From: Candidatus Obscuribacteraceae bacterium
GTDB taxonomy: Bacteria; Cyanobacteriota; Vampirovibrionia; Obscuribacterales; Obscuribacteraceae
Assembly (NCBI GenBank): GCA_044226015.1
Contig: JBGAHS010000010.1
Location: forward strand, 32,001 to 96,000
Direction: 5' to 3'
DNA length: 64,000 bases
A model generated the notes under the pieces. That model did no database searches and had not been told where the DNA came from. It saw only the letters and a list, made by a program, of their open reading frames with translations. Of the stretch, positions 38,778-49,969 are shown piece after piece (the stretch's first letter is position 1; each line of letters begins with the position of its first letter). The translations under genes were made by a program, and so were the position numbers.

Positions 38778-40040
38778 ATGAATAGAACTGCTAAAGCCGT
38801 ATGTTTACTTCTTGTGCTTTGCACGGCTCTAATGCCGGTACTTGCAGGTCCTACGAAAACAACAACTGCAAAAGCACCGGCTAAGGCACCGGTGAATCCG
38901 GCTTTTGACAGCGGTGTTGCACTGTACAATCGTAAGGATTACCGAGCGGCTGCCGTCCAATTTGAGGCAGCTATGAAGACTTCGCCATCCAGTCCTGATG
39001 TCATCTACTATTGTGCTTTATGTAATCAGCTTAGTAATAACCGCTCGCGTGCGAAACAGTTGTTCGAATACATCAGCAATAACTTTCCGACCTCGAGAGT
39101 GGCTCCTATGGCACAAACTGCATTGGGTCAGTTGAATACTCTTTCGTCCGCTTCGCCCGGCTCCTCAGCTGCGAGTGTTTCCAGTTCTGCTTCGAACGTA
39201 GCTGCGAGTTTATCCAATCGTCGTGGCGGAGAATCCGATCTCGCAAATGTTCCTGATGTAGTTAAAATTCCTTTTGAGAAAAGAGGCAACGATATCATTG
39301 TCCAGGTCAAAGTAAACGGGAAGCAGGAGAGTTTTATTCTCGATACTGGAGCGCAAACAATTGCAATTGGAGCCAACCATCTTCGTGATTGGGGGATAAG
39401 TGCCAGTGAAGGACGCGACTCCTATGAAATTGGTGGTGTGGGCGATGGAAAGGCGAAGGGGTGGAATCAGCCGCTCGATATCAGATTGGGTCCAATTTAT
39501 CGCAAAGATTTTGTATGCTCAATTCACGACAATATGCCTGGTGAACCATTACTGGGGCAGGATTTTTTGAAGTCATTCAATATTAATGTCGATGATTCGA
39601 CGAGGTCTGTGGTTCTGGCAAAGAAAGGCTCGCTGGGCGCCAGGGATATTTCTCATCGGAGCTACTATGGAGTGGAGATCCCCTTTAAGCGTTTACCTAG
39701 CGGTCACATGATGGTGGACATAAAGATCAACAACAAACCATTTCCCATTATGTTTGATACCGGATGCGAACGAACATCCTTTGCTGCTAGCGACTGGACA
39801 AAACTGGGTTTTTCTATTCCAGATAGTGCTCAAAAGGGCAAGGCAATTGGCGTTTTAGGAGAGACTACTGCTTATTATTTCGAGACCGAATCAATAAAGC
39901 TGGGACCGATCGAGCAGTCACCCGCTCCAGTAAGTGTGACTGAGGGAAGCCGTGTGTCTCTGCTTGGAATGAGCTTTTACGGAACCAAAAAATACACAAT
40001 TGATACCACTCGTAGTGTAATTATTTTTGACGAAAAGTAA
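38778..40040 (+). CDS. Exported TPR protein with two retropepsin-like aspartyl protease domains
   Basis: Signal peptide; TPR segment; FILDTGA...LLGQDFL and IMFDTGC...LLGMSF. Confidence 0.88.
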   Translation: MNRTAKAVCLLLVLCTALMPVLAGPTKTTTAKAPAKAPVNPAFDSGVALYNRKDYRAAAVQFEAAMKTSPSSPDVIYYCALCNQLSNNRSRAKQLFEYISNNFPTSRVAPMAQTALGQLNTLSSASPGSSAASVSSSASNVAASLSNRRGGESDLANVPDVVKIPFEKRGNDIIVQVKVNGKQESFILDTGAQTIAIGANHLRDWGISASEGRDSYEIGGVGDGKAKGWNQPLDIRLGPIYRKDFVCSIHDNMPGEPLLGQDFLKSFNINVDDSTRSVVLAKKGSLGARDISHRSYYGVEIPFKRLPSGHMMVDIKINNKPFPIMFDTGCERTSFAASDWTKLGFSIPDSAQKGKAIGVLGETTAYYFETESIKLGPIEQSPAPVSVTEGSRVSLLGMSFYGTKKYTIDTTRSVIIFDEK

Positions 40041-40340
40041 GAACTGCGTGATACTGTTTGCGGTGGCAACTTTAGTCGGCTGCAAATTCTTTTTGTGACG
40101 AAAAGTGCATGCTAATTGGTCTTATTCGGATCCGTGGATAGGCCAAGCAACCTTCCATTGGCACATCTGTCCGGTTCTGCGGTTAAAGACTCGTTACATC
40201 CGTTGTCTCGAAATGCCTGATTTGCGGACATGTACATGGATGTCAATGATAGGCGTTTCTTAGATAAGGCTCTTGCAGATGGAAAAACCATATAATAGTC
40301 AGCTCTTGTTTAGTACTTTTGATGTGTAAGGAGAGCTGCT

Positions 40341-41441
40341 GTGCTCAAAGCTGGAATTGTCGGATTGCCGAACGTTGGAAAATCAACTTTATTCAACGCT
40401 TTGACGGCATCATATCAAGCCGAAAGTGCTAATTATCCATTTTGTACGATTGAGCCCAATGTTGGAATCGTGAAGGTACCAGACACTCGTCTCGACAAAC
40501 TGACTCGGATGGTAAATCCCCAACAAACAATTCCAGCGGCATTCGAATTCGTTGATATTGCTGGGCTGGTTCGAGGCGCAAGCAAAGGCGAGGGACTAGG
40601 CAACCAATTTCTAGCTCATATTCGGGAAGTTGATGCGATAGTGCATGTGGTGCGTTGTTTCGATGACGAAAACATAACTCACGTTGACGGGCAAATTAAT
40701 CCTGTGCGGGATCTCGAAACGATCACCATTGAGCTTTGCATGTCTGATTTTGCTTCAATTACTAAGCGACTTGAGCGCTTGCAAAAACAAAAGCGAACCG
40801 GCGACAAACGTGCCGTTTTGGAATGCAGCATTTTTGAAAAAATTCTTCCGCAGATTGAAAATGCTCAGGCTGTCGATATGAGCCTTTTGACTGATGATGA
40901 AAAAGAAATTGTTCCACAGCTTCAATTGTTGTCAACAAAGCCCTTACTCTATGCTGCAAACGTGAAGGAAGAGCAGCTGGGAAATCCAGATTCGAATCCG
41001 TACATTCAAGAGTTGCGCAAACGAGCTGCTGAAGAGAATCGCGCAGTGGTTATTATTTCGGCTCAAATTGAAGCTGAGTTAGCTGCCCTGGAAGCCGAAG
41101 AGCGTCAATCTTATTTAGAAACGTTGGGTGTGAAGGATTCGGGTGTTAACAACTTAATTCGAGCTGCCTTCGAACAATTAGGCTTAGTAACCTATTTCAC
41201 GGCGGGTGAAAAAGAAGTAAGAGCCTGGCCGTTTGAACGAGGTTTCACTGCTCCTCAGTGTGCGGGGATCATTCATACTGACTTCGAAAGAGGCTTCATC
41301 AAGGCTGAAGTGATTTCTTACAACGATTACGTGAACTGTGGAACAGAAAAAGTCTGTAAAGAAAAGGGTCTGATGCGGCTGGAAGGCAAGAGCTACGTGA
41401 TGCAGGATGGAGATGTTGTGCATTTTCTATTCAATGTCTAA
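40341..41441 (+). CDS. ychF: Redox-regulated ATPase YchF
   Basis: [53 protein letters not shown]. Confidence 0.97.
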   Translation: MLKAGIVGLPNVGKSTLFNALTASYQAESANYPFCTIEPNVGIVKVPDTRLDKLTRMVNPQQTIPAAFEFVDIAGLVRGASKGEGLGNQFLAHIREVDAIVHVVRCFDDENITHVDGQINPVRDLETITIELCMSDFASITKRLERLQKQKRTGDKRAVLECSIFEKILPQIENAQAVDMSLLTDDEKEIVPQLQLLSTKPLLYAANVKEEQLGNPDSNPYIQELRKRAAEENRAVVIISAQIEAELAALEAEERQSYLETLGVKDSGVNNLIRAAFEQLGLVTYFTAGEKEVRAWPFERGFTAPQCAGIIHTDFERGFIKAEVISYNDYVNCGTEKVCKEKGLMRLEGKSYVMQDGDVVHFLFNV

Positions 41442-41484
41442 GCGCACTTTGGGTGCAGGCTCTTGGAATGCCTTTAAAAATAAT

Positions 41485-41999
41485 GCTGTTCGCGAAAATT
41501 CGAGTTGGGGCAGAAAAACGCGGAGCGATACCTGTTCGCGAAAATTCGAGTTGGGGGAGAAAAACGCGAAGCGATAGCTGTTCGCGAAAATTCGAGTTGA
41601 GGGAGAAAAACGCGAAGCGATAGCTGTTCGCGAAAATTCGAGTTGAGGGAGAAAAACGCGAAGTGATAGCTGTTCGCAAAAATTCGAGTTGAGGGAGAAA
41701 AACGCGAAGCGATAGCTGTTCGCGAAAATTCGAGTTGAGGGAGAAAAACGCGAAGCGATAGCTGTTCGCGAAAATTCAAGTTGAGGGAGAAAAACGCGAA
41801 GCGATAGCTGTTCGCGAAAATTCGAGTTGAGGGAGAAAAACGCGAAGTGATAGCTGTTCGCAAAAATTCGAGTTGAGGGAGAAAAACGCGAAGTGATAGC
41901 TGTTCGCAAAAGTTCGAGTTGGGGAGAAAAACGCGAAGTGATAGCTGTTCGCGAAAATTCGAGTTGAGGGAGAAAAACGCGAAGCGATAGCTGTTCGCG
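41485..41999 (+). repeat. Tandem array, 46-bp unit with REP-like core, about 11 copies
   Basis: Unit TTCGCGAAAATTCGAGTTGAGGGAGAAAAACGCGAAGCGATAGCTG. Confidence 0.95.
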
Positions 42000-42192
42000 T
42001 TTGGGATTGCAATGAGTAACCAGAAGCTATATCAAAGAATCGTGATTCTGCCTCTCTGCGTTGGTTTTGGGGCGTTACATGGTTTCGATAGCGCTTTTGA
42101 TTAAGTGGCGATTATAAATGAATTTAGTGGTTTCCAAAACTCTCATCGCACCTTGCATAGAATGATCTGTAATTCCCTCTGGGTCACATAAA

Positions 42193-42576
42193 ATGAACGA
42201 AATCACGAAGAGAAAGCTATTCCGAGCATCCTGCCATGCGTCAGCTCTCGTTAGCTGGTCAGTTGTAGTTATTGGTTTGCCAATCGCTGTGCTCCTTCTC
42301 ACCGAAGATCAACTCGCTAAAGACAGCGCTAAAGAAGCCTTGAATTTCCAGTTGAATATGATTTTGTTGACTTTCACTGGCGGGATTCTTTGGCACACAT
42401 TCATTGGCATTCCGCTAGCAGTAATTTTGTTTGCCTATGTAGGTATCGTCTCTCTGATTTGTCCCTTGCTCGCAATTATCTCTGTTTGTTCGAGCCCAGA
42501 AAAGGCGTACAGATATCCGCTTACATTCCGCTTCGTTAACAAGGAAGAACCGCCAAAAATCACCGCTACGTTCTAA
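42193..42576 (+). CDS. DUF4870-like membrane protein
   Basis: AKEALNFQL motif, three TM helices, YRYPL near the C-terminus. Confidence 0.8.
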   Translation: MNEITKRKLFRASCHASALVSWSVVVIGLPIAVLLLTEDQLAKDSAKEALNFQLNMILLTFTGGILWHTFIGIPLAVILFAYVGIVSLICPLLAIISVCSSPEKAYRYPLTFRFVNKEEPPKITATF

Positions 42577-43062
42577 TAGTCGAAACAACCAAATGTGCTG
42601 CTGTGCTTATAACCTCCCACAGTACGTTATTGATTGCTCGATTCTACTGCATCAGGCATCGATCGGAATAATCCAAGGAGTCAGTGTGAGTCTGACTAAT
42701 GTTTGAGGTGCTTAGAACTCTGGAACGGCAGACAGAGCCGCGCAGACAGAGCCGCGCAGGCAGAGCCTCATCGCTTGTTGCAACTGGACCCCAAACAAGT
42801 TCAATTTTGAGCCAAAATCGGCCCGAAGGTCCAAGCTCTAATGCGCAAAGACCACCGACATTTGGCGGAAATCCCTGCTCTTCGCAGAACCGACTATTTC
42901 TAACTTTCAGTCTTTTGGGGGGGAGAATACGAAATCTTTTGACTCAGCTAACAAAACTGCCACAATTCAAACCCATAATTCCATTATTGTGAATCATATT
43001 TCAGATTCGCGTTAAAGCTTGCTATATGGGCAGGCTCGTCGTTTTGTTTCTCCTGGTGATTA

Positions 43063-43647
43063 ATGCCAAAATTCTCTTACCAAGCTCTTTTGTTAGTTGC
43101 TCTACTGTCGTTTCAGGTTGAAGCTCAAGCGGCACCAGGCTGTAAAAACGATAAGAATGAAGTCCTTGTATCAACAGAGAAAAACAAGTTTGGGCATAAA
43201 TCGCTAAAGGCTAGCATTAAGATCAATGCTTCGCCAAAACTTGTGTGGGAGGCTATTACGGCGCATCGAGAATCGGATCCCGATGTAGCATTTAGCAAAA
43301 TTACCTGTATTTCTGAAAACGAAAAGGTCCTTGAACAGAAATATGTGTCGCTTCCTGTTCTAGGCGCCACAACCTGTACGCTCCACCTGAACGAAGATTT
43401 GTACAAACGAATAGACTATCGCCTCACAAAGTCAGACAGAATCAGTGCTTTTGAAGGAAGCTGGATTCTCAGTTCGCAGGATGGCGACTCCACAGAGCTA
43501 GAGCTGTCTAATCATTTGAAGTTGCATATGCCGATTCCTCAAAAGATAGTGGATGCATTCAGTGCTCCCAAGCTGAAAGCCAGGTTAGCTCATGTGAAGC
43601 AGCTCGCCGAAGCGAAGCGTCAATCCCAGATTGCGTCGAGGGATTGA
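43063..43647 (+). CDS. Exported SRPBCC / polyketide-cyclase-like protein
   Basis: Signal peptide; IKINASPKLVWEAI and FEGSW motifs. Confidence 0.75.
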   Translation: MPKFSYQALLLVALLSFQVEAQAAPGCKNDKNEVLVSTEKNKFGHKSLKASIKINASPKLVWEAITAHRESDPDVAFSKITCISENEKVLEQKYVSLPVLGATTCTLHLNEDLYKRIDYRLTKSDRISAFEGSWILSSQDGDSTELELSNHLKLHMPIPQKIVDAFSAPKLKARLAHVKQLAEAKRQSQIASRD

Positions 43648-43753
43648 GATATGAGACCTTTGTGCATATCAGGCATCTATTGCATATCATTTGTTTCCGA
43701 ATCGTTGGATGCGGCTCTTGACGCCAGTACTTTTTACACAGGAGACGATTGAA

Positions 43754-44077
43754 ATGCAGTTACCGTCGGCATTTAACACGCCTGAACTTTATAAAGGGAC
43801 CGACATCCCGTCGATACTGGCTGAAGAACTGCGTAAGAAAGAGGATAAGAACCTGTCTATAGGCGCCGATAAAGAGCGAATTTTGACCGGCTTTAGTTTG
43901 GGCGAAACTGTGAAAATCTCGCAAGCCCAGCATCTGCGCAGGTCACCTTTTGAGACTGTAGCTAAAGCGGAAAGTGAATATGATCTTTTTCCAGAGGTCT
44001 CCAACCAATCATACATTCAAGTAAGAAGTTCTCCGGCGAGTGCGTGCAGTCCTGATTTGGATATCGTTGAATTCTGA
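43754..44077 (+). CDS. Hypothetical protein
   Basis: AGGAG RBS before ATG 43754. Confidence 0.5.
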   Translation: MQLPSAFNTPELYKGTDIPSILAEELRKKEDKNLSIGADKERILTGFSLGETVKISQAQHLRRSPFETVAKAESEYDLFPEVSNQSYIQVRSSPASACSPDLDIVEF

Positions 44078-44311
44078 GTCTTTAAGATCGTGAATTCTGA
44101 GGCTTTGGTATAGCAGAGGCTTTGGTATATCGTGAATTCTGGGTGGATGCAGAGATTGTTAATTTCGTCCGCTGCAAAATCGAATAGATGGGGTGCCAAT
44201 TCCTACTGGACCTGACTGCTTACTGTATGTTTCTATCTGCAATGTCTTTGGATGCCGATGATTCTGAGTCTTAAGATCGTGAATTCTGAGTCTTAAGATC
44301 GTGAATTCTGA
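44071..44311. repeat. Short repeats (22-bp ATTCTGAGTCTTAAGATCGTGA) in two clusters
   Basis: Copies near 44071-44101 and 44260-44311. Confidence 0.7.
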
Positions 44312-44489
44312 GGTTTTCGTTGTGTTAATGTGCGATTTGAATTAGGTAATTGATTATTTTGAGCGGGTTTTCGTTGTGAGATTGAATTCGACAACGTAAG
44401 ATTCTGAATTAGTGATTGACTTCGAATTCGAAGTCGTTGCGTATCATTGTGGAGTGATTTTGATATTGTTGAATGCGGGTGACGATTCT

Positions 44490-44900
44490 GCTGCCAGTCT
44501 AGAGTATCCGGTGAGACGCCAGTAGCGTTAGCTGCTAGTCTAGAGTATCCAGTTGCGCCATCAGCGTTAGCTGCTAGTCTAGAGTATCCAGTTGCGCCAT
44601 CAGCGTTAGCTGCTAGTCTAGAGTATCCGGTGAGACGCCAGTAGCGTTAGCTGCTAGTCTAGAGTATCCGGTGAGACGACAGTGGCGTTAGCTGCTAGTC
44701 TAGAGTATCCGGTGAGACGCCAGTAGCGTTAGCTGCTAGTCTAGAGTATCCGGTGAGACGCCAGTAGCGTTAGCTGCTAGTCTCGAGTATCCGTGTGTGG
44801 CGCCTGCAGCGTTATCTACTAGTCTCGAGTATCCGTGTGTGGCGCCTGCAGCGTTATCTACTAGTCTGGAGTATCCAGTGGGCGCCTGCAGTGCTAGCTA
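44490..44900. repeat. Tandem repeat, 39-42-bp unit, about 10 copies
   Basis: GCTGCTAGTCTAGAGTATCCGGTGAGACGCCAGTAGCGTTA and variants. Confidence 0.92.
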
Positions 44901-44950
44901 GTCATCGGCACGTGCTAAAATTTAGAGTTCCTTCCGGGGTACCCTTCTGT

Positions 44951-45964
44951 ATGCGAATTGGACTCTTTTCTGTAGCAGACCATTATCCGGCAGAAGTTCC
45001 CAGAGAGCTGGCGGAATTCTATAACGAGCTTGAAGAGCAGGCGCGACTGGCTGAAGAAATGGGATTCTATTCGTTCTGGATAGCAGAACACCATTTCCAT
45101 GAGTATGGCGCCGTGCCACGTCCATCAATACTTCTCTCTGTAATTGGTGCGAAAACTAAGGTGATCAAATTGGGATCCGCAGTGGCGGTGCTACCTTTTG
45201 ATAATCCACTTCGCGCTGCAGAGGATTTTGCGATGTTAGACATCATTTCCGGTGGGCGGCTTGAACTTGGTGTCGGCTCAGGATACTTACAGCACGAATT
45301 TGAGGGTTTTGGGATCGATGTACAAGAACGCCGCGAGCGCTTCGATGAATCGCTGTCTATAATTCGTTGCGCCTGGCTGGGCGAACCCTTTTCCGCTGCT
45401 GGAAAATTCTTCACCGTGAATAACGTCAAATTGAACGTGCAGCCGATGAATCCAGAATCCGTCCCCATTTTTATTGCTGTGCTCAGGAATGAGACCGCTA
45501 AATTTGTGGGGCGCCAAAAGTTTGGGATGATGATGATACCCTATGCGACTACTGAACGCATCGAAGAGCTTGCGGATACCTGCGCGATTTACAGATCTGA
45601 ATTCGCCGCCAATGGTGGTGCACCAGAAAATGCGCGTATACAATTTGGGTTGCACTGCTATTGTGCACCCACTACTGAAGAGGCAAGAACATTCGCTCGA
45701 CCATACATGGATCGTTACGTTCGAACACGACTGTACGCAAAACAGCGTTGTTTTGATGAATTGATTGACAAAAACCTAATAGCTGTTGGAGATCCCGAAG
45801 AGGTTTTGCGGGTTGCTCGACTTTACGAGAAGGCTGGTCTGACCGACTTTTTGATGCTTATGAACTTTGGTGGCTTACCTCATGAGCAGGTTAAGGAATC
45901 GATTCGTCTGATTGGCGCTGAGGTTATTCCGCGAATGAAGACCTCTCAAGCTGTTCCGCAGTAA
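44951..45964 (+). CDS. LLM-class (luciferase-like) flavin-dependent oxidoreductase
   Basis: MRIGLF start, WIAEHHF, AEDFAMLDIISGGRLELGVGSG. Confidence 0.92.
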   Translation: MRIGLFSVADHYPAEVPRELAEFYNELEEQARLAEEMGFYSFWIAEHHFHEYGAVPRPSILLSVIGAKTKVIKLGSAVAVLPFDNPLRAAEDFAMLDIISGGRLELGVGSGYLQHEFEGFGIDVQERRERFDESLSIIRCAWLGEPFSAAGKFFTVNNVKLNVQPMNPESVPIFIAVLRNETAKFVGRQKFGMMMIPYATTERIEELADTCAIYRSEFAANGGAPENARIQFGLHCYCAPTTEEARTFARPYMDRYVRTRLYAKQRCFDELIDKNLIAVGDPEEVLRVARLYEKAGLTDFLMLMNFGGLPHEQVKESIRLIGAEVIPRMKTSQAVPQ

Positions 45965-45972
45965 TAATATTT

Positions 45973-46908
45973 ATGATTATGCGATTTGTTTTCTTGTGCC
46001 GCATGCTAGCCACAGTGTTTCTTATGTTTTTCTTGCTGCCATCGCTATGTTGTGCATCCAATTTAGATTCAATCCAGCTCGGAACTGCAAACATAGTGAT
46101 TCGTTATGATGGAAGATTTCCGGCATCAACCAAGAATTTTGTAAAACGGTGGGTTTCGGACTCGGCTAAAGCTGTGTCCCAGTATTATGGAAAATTTCCC
46201 GTTAAAGCATGCACTGTTTTACTTCATGCCACTGCCGATGATGGCATCGGTGTTGCCAGTGCGGAGTTTCAAGATGGAAAAGTGGTAGTGGATGTTCCTC
46301 TAGGCGTAAACACTGACGAAAGTACATTTAGTGAGGACTGGATACTAACTCATGAATTAGTGCACCTCGCTTTTCCACTCGTTTGGGACAAAGATCGATG
46401 GCTTGTTGAAGGGATGGCGACCTACATTGAACCCTTAGCGCGTATGCAAATAGGGAAGCTCCCAGCAAAGAGTGTCTGGTCAGATATGTATTTTCGATGC
46501 CCCTCGGGTTTGGCTAGAAATTCCTCAGAGAGTCTTTCACAGAGTCGACGGATTGACCGATTGTATTGGGGCGGAGCGACGTTTTGTCTTTTGCTCGATT
46601 TGGAACTCCGAAGGCAAAGCAATAACAAGTATGGATTACAGAGAGCCCTTTCGATAATCACTAATTCTGGTATCAACTTCAATTCGGATATGGAGCCCAG
46701 GGATGCTCTAGCTGTAGCAGATAAGGCTTTGGGCACGCGGACGCTGGTTGAATTTTATGATCGCTACTCTAATTCTAGTGCGCGGCCCGATTTGAAGAAG
46801 TTATTTTCGGACCTGGGTGTGCTTCCTCTAGGCAAAGAGGTTCGATTTGACGACAGTGCTCCATTAGCGAAAGTTCGAATGCTAATTAACAGCGGAGAGC
46901 AGGATTAG
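45973..46908 (+). CDS. Exported gluzincin-type zinc metallopeptidase
   Basis: THELVH (HExxH), WLVEGMATY and YWGG motifs; signal peptide. Confidence 0.8.
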   Translation: MIMRFVFLCRMLATVFLMFFLLPSLCCASNLDSIQLGTANIVIRYDGRFPASTKNFVKRWVSDSAKAVSQYYGKFPVKACTVLLHATADDGIGVASAEFQDGKVVVDVPLGVNTDESTFSEDWILTHELVHLAFPLVWDKDRWLVEGMATYIEPLARMQIGKLPAKSVWSDMYFRCPSGLARNSSESLSQSRRIDRLYWGGATFCLLLDLELRRQSNNKYGLQRALSIITNSGINFNSDMEPRDALAVADKALGTRTLVEFYDRYSNSSARPDLKKLFSDLGVLPLGKEVRFDDSAPLAKVRMLINSGEQD

Positions 46909-47008
46909 AATTTCCTATTCTGACGTGCATTTTTTTTGAACGGGTGTATCACAGAGTTATACGTTATGATATATTGGAAATGGTTTTCATTTCGGATTCG
47001 GGCTTGGC

Positions 47009-47392
47009 ATGAATAAACCTCTTAGCAATTGCATTATTGGGCTGTCGGCACTTATGCTTGTTAATTTTGCAGCTTTTCCTGGGGCTGCCAAGGAGTATTC
47101 CATTGGCATGAGTCACGAATCGAAGATGGTCAACGCTAAGGTCGTTGAGTCTCCCGAGCCTGAAATTCCTTCAGAGTTTCAAGATGAGGCGTTTTCTTCT
47201 GTTGTCACCGCACGGTTTAGAATCCAGTCAGATGGATCTTTTACTGTTGCCCTTATCGAACGCAGTGGCAACGAAGAAATTGACCGTATCGTGCTTAAAA
47301 CGCTGCGTAAGTGGAAATTCCAAGCTGCGACACTGGATGATCAACCAATTGCTTCGACACGAAAAATCCGTGTTGAGATTGAAGTTGAGTAA
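47009..47392 (+). CDS. TonB C-terminal-domain protein
   Basis: PEIP...VTARFRIQSDG...RSGNEEID...KWKFQAA; N-terminal hydrophobic segment. Confidence 0.8.
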   Translation: MNKPLSNCIIGLSALMLVNFAAFPGAAKEYSIGMSHESKMVNAKVVESPEPEIPSEFQDEAFSSVVTARFRIQSDGSFTVALIERSGNEEIDRIVLKTLRKWKFQAATLDDQPIASTRKIRVEIEVE

Positions 47393-47401
47393 GTGTTCTC
47401 G

Positions 47402-47780
47402 GAAAAACGAGAAGCGATAGCTGTTCGCAGAAAAACGAGAAGCGATAGCTGTTCGCGAAAAACGAGAAGCGATAGCTGTTCGCGAAAACGAGAAGCGATA
47501 GCTGTTCGCAGAAAAACGTGAAGCGATAGCTGTTCGCAGAAAAACGTGAAGCGATAGCTGTTCGCGAAAACGAGAAGCGATAGCTGTTCGCGAAAAACGT
47601 GAAGCGATAGCTGTTCGCAGAAAAACGTGAAGCGATAGCTGTTCGCGAAAACGAGAAGCGATAGCTGTTCGCGAAAAACGTGAAGCGATAGCTGTTCGCA
47701 GAAAAACGAGAAGCGATAGCTGTTCGCGGAAAACGTGAAGCGATAGCTGTTCGCGGAAAACGTGAAGCGACAGCTGTTCG
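47402..47780 (+). repeat. Tandem array of nearly bare REP-like cores, 26-28-bp unit, 14 copies
   Basis: AAAA(A)CG(A/T)GAAGCGATAGCTGTTCGC(A)G repeated. Confidence 0.95.
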
Positions 47781-47815
47781 GGTGGACTCTAGTCTTAACG
47801 AACTAGTATATTTCG

Positions 47816-49309
47816 TTAGTCCGGATCGAGTTGCCTAAGCATGTAGGCTGACATTGCTTGCGCAAGACAATTGCCCTTTTCCACCGCCATCGCTTCTTTA
47901 AAGTATTTGCGCTTCTCTTCTTGGTCTTGGGTGAGGATAGCTACGTCCCTCAGAATTCTCGATTTTACATCAGGTTCATCAGCCAACTCAGCACCTTTTT
48001 TAAAAGCAGCTAGAGCTGCGTCGTTGTTTTTTGATTCAGCAAACATTTTGCCGATTCGCCAGTGTGCCTCTGCAAAGTGAGGATATTTTTCAGCGATCGC
48101 TTTGCAGGTTTCCAATCTTTCTTCTACAGGTATTTGCTCATTGTTCGCTTCATAGACAACCATGCAGGCGTCATGATCCATCTTTCCTTCATTCAGCTGT
48201 TTTGCAAGCCAGAGGTCTGAGCGAGATGTTTCGAATCCGGGGCATAATTTTTCAACTTCGTCAAGGTCGTCGATAGCTTCAGCGTATCTCCGTCCTGCTA
48301 GCTTGATATTCCCTGCCATGTATTTTGGTTGAGGACTGTAAGGATCAAGCTGCATGGCTTGTTCAAATACTTTCAGTGCTTCTTCGTAGTTTCCTTGTTG
48401 TGTAAGTTCTCTTCCTTCCCAGCACTTCTGCGAGCACAGGACAAGTTCCAACCTATTGCGCACAAATATAAATTCTACACGCTCACCATGTACCTTTGGA
48501 ATTTCATCTAATTCAAAAAGTTCATCGCCAATTTTCAAAACCACTCTGTGTAAAGGCTCATTCTCTGCGCTGCGGGCATGGTGCCTCCAATTGCTTGATG
48601 TTACCAGCTCGCCTCTATCGTATGCTTTGTTGGCTATAGTATCTGCATGAGCAGCAGCTTTTTTTGAATCACCCTTGTATCGACTTATCTCGTACAAATT
48701 GTGTAAATAGGCTATGCTGGCCTCGTAGTCGCCTTGCATGGTTGTGCATTGCAGAGCTTTTTCGACGTATTCAGAGGCTTTATCCATTTCTCCTTTTTGA
48801 AAGTAGCACTCACCAAGAAATCCCAACGTGAGAGGGAGGAATTTATCTACACCTGCTCCTGAAACTCCGCTTGCCAGATCGAGGCATTGCTCAAGAAGTG
48901 GAATTGCCTCGAGGAATTTCAACTCCTGTTGCATGAGTCCCTTACAGTGCCCGAGTTGTTCTTGCCACTTTTTGCTGTATTCAGAGTCGTCGATGCCTGT
49001 GAGCATGGTCATCAGCTCACCTTTTCCTCTTTGTTTTTGAAAATAGGAGGCAATGACCATCAAACAGTAGGCATATTTGCGCATTGCATCTTTGTCTTGC
49101 TGAATTTCATCAGGAGCTTTTTTCCAATCACTGAAAGCTCTTAAAATTTGAGGCTCGAATTCCTGACAGAGCAATTCAAATTCAGTGAAATGGTTGCGGT
49201 CTATGCAATCGAAAACTTGTGCCTTCAATTCCTCGAAATTCAAGGTGTTTGTGGGCGCTGACGGTTTCTTTTCTGTGTTTTTTTTGCTGAAAAAATCCAG
49301 AATGCCCAT
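47816..49309 (-). CDS. TPR-repeat protein
   Basis: LGECYFQKGEMDKASEYVEKAL, GNYEEALKVFEQAMQLDP and similar; GAGGAG RBS. Confidence 0.85.
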   Translation of the reverse strand: MGILDFFSKKNTEKKPSAPTNTLNFEELKAQVFDCIDRNHFTEFELLCQEFEPQILRAFSDWKKAPDEIQQDKDAMRKYAYCLMVIASYFQKQRGKGELMTMLTGIDDSEYSKKWQEQLGHCKGLMQQELKFLEAIPLLEQCLDLASGVSGAGVDKFLPLTLGFLGECYFQKGEMDKASEYVEKALQCTTMQGDYEASIAYLHNLYEISRYKGDSKKAAAHADTIANKAYDRGELVTSSNWRHHARSAENEPLHRVVLKIGDELFELDEIPKVHGERVEFIFVRNRLELVLCSQKCWEGRELTQQGNYEEALKVFEQAMQLDPYSPQPKYMAGNIKLAGRRYAEAIDDLDEVEKLCPGFETSRSDLWLAKQLNEGKMDHDACMVVYEANNEQIPVEERLETCKAIAEKYPHFAEAHWRIGKMFAESKNNDAALAAFKKGAELADEPDVKSRILRDVAILTQDQEEKRKYFKEAMAVEKGNCLAQAMSAYMLRQLDPD

Positions 49310-49554
49310 TCTCGGATGCTCCTCTTGCAGACTGCTTCTTGTTAGGATGACTATAATAACTGATCTCAGGTCCTTTCGCTGTTTTCGCGCCCGATGCGAT
49401 TTGTGAAATATCTATACCTTGGAACAGTCCGTCCCAGGTTCTTGTAGTGTCCTTTGGTTTCACCGAGATGGCTGAGAGCTGCGTGCCAGGTTATGTACCT
49501 GTTCTTTTGAATAACACTCAATTGATGTTCGCACTAGCGAACATCAGCAGTTTC

Positions 49555-49644
49555 GGAACCCACCGACTCGGAACCCACCGACTCGGAACCCACCGACTCG
49601 GAACCCACCGACTCGGAACCCACCGACTCGGAATCCACCGACTC
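49555..49644. repeat. Tandem repeat, 15-bp unit GGAACCCACCGACTC, 6 copies
   Basis: Direct reading. Confidence 0.92.
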
Positions 49645-49676
49645 CCTTAATTAACCCAAACAGGACCCAAACAGGA

Positions 49677-49830
49677 AACCCCAGATCCGTCGATCTGGGG
49701 TTACAACTGTCGGGGCGAGTTGGGGACTCTATCCCCTGAGAATTTATTCGCCTATTCTGGCAGCATGCCTTCCAGCTTTGTATCGGTTCTAAAGTGGATT
49801 CTGCTTATCCGCTAAATGACCGATCGTTGT
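49677..49830 (+). ncRNA. Candidate structured RNA, unassigned
   Basis: Perfect 11-bp hairpin 49677-49702, then a multibranch closed by ACAAC/GTTGT with three internal hairpins; G-U pairs favour the + strand. Confidence 0.3.
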
Positions 49831-49969
49831 TTTGATCTTTGGAAATCCAGGCGAATCATCATCAAATGTGGTCAGTTATTGTCCGTGTAAACAGCCAGCC
49901 GCTGCTCGAAAGCGTATAATGTTGCTTCGTTTGATAATTCAGCAATTGTTGTCAGGCGTTGTGGGTGTA

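Noticed and set aside
41485..41999. CRISPR array (also considered for 1129, 47402, 57951 and 61303)
   Set aside because: Spacers within each array are near-identical rather than unique, and no cas genes are in the window.
42699..42992. 97-aa ORF
   Set aside because: Atypical composition and no recognisable motif; probably intergenic.
44192..44203. SAM-I riboswitch motif GGTGCCAATTCC
   Set aside because: The upstream ATCxAGAG, GAGGGA and GCAACC elements are missing.
44795..44950. N-terminal extension of the LLM oxidoreductase
   Set aside because: Derived from the upstream tandem repeat; the family-typical start is MRIGLF at 44951.
49714..49775. TPP riboswitch (hairpin followed by TGAGA)
   Set aside because: Lacks the CCTGAT...GCGTAGG pyrophosphate-binding half, and no thiamine gene follows.
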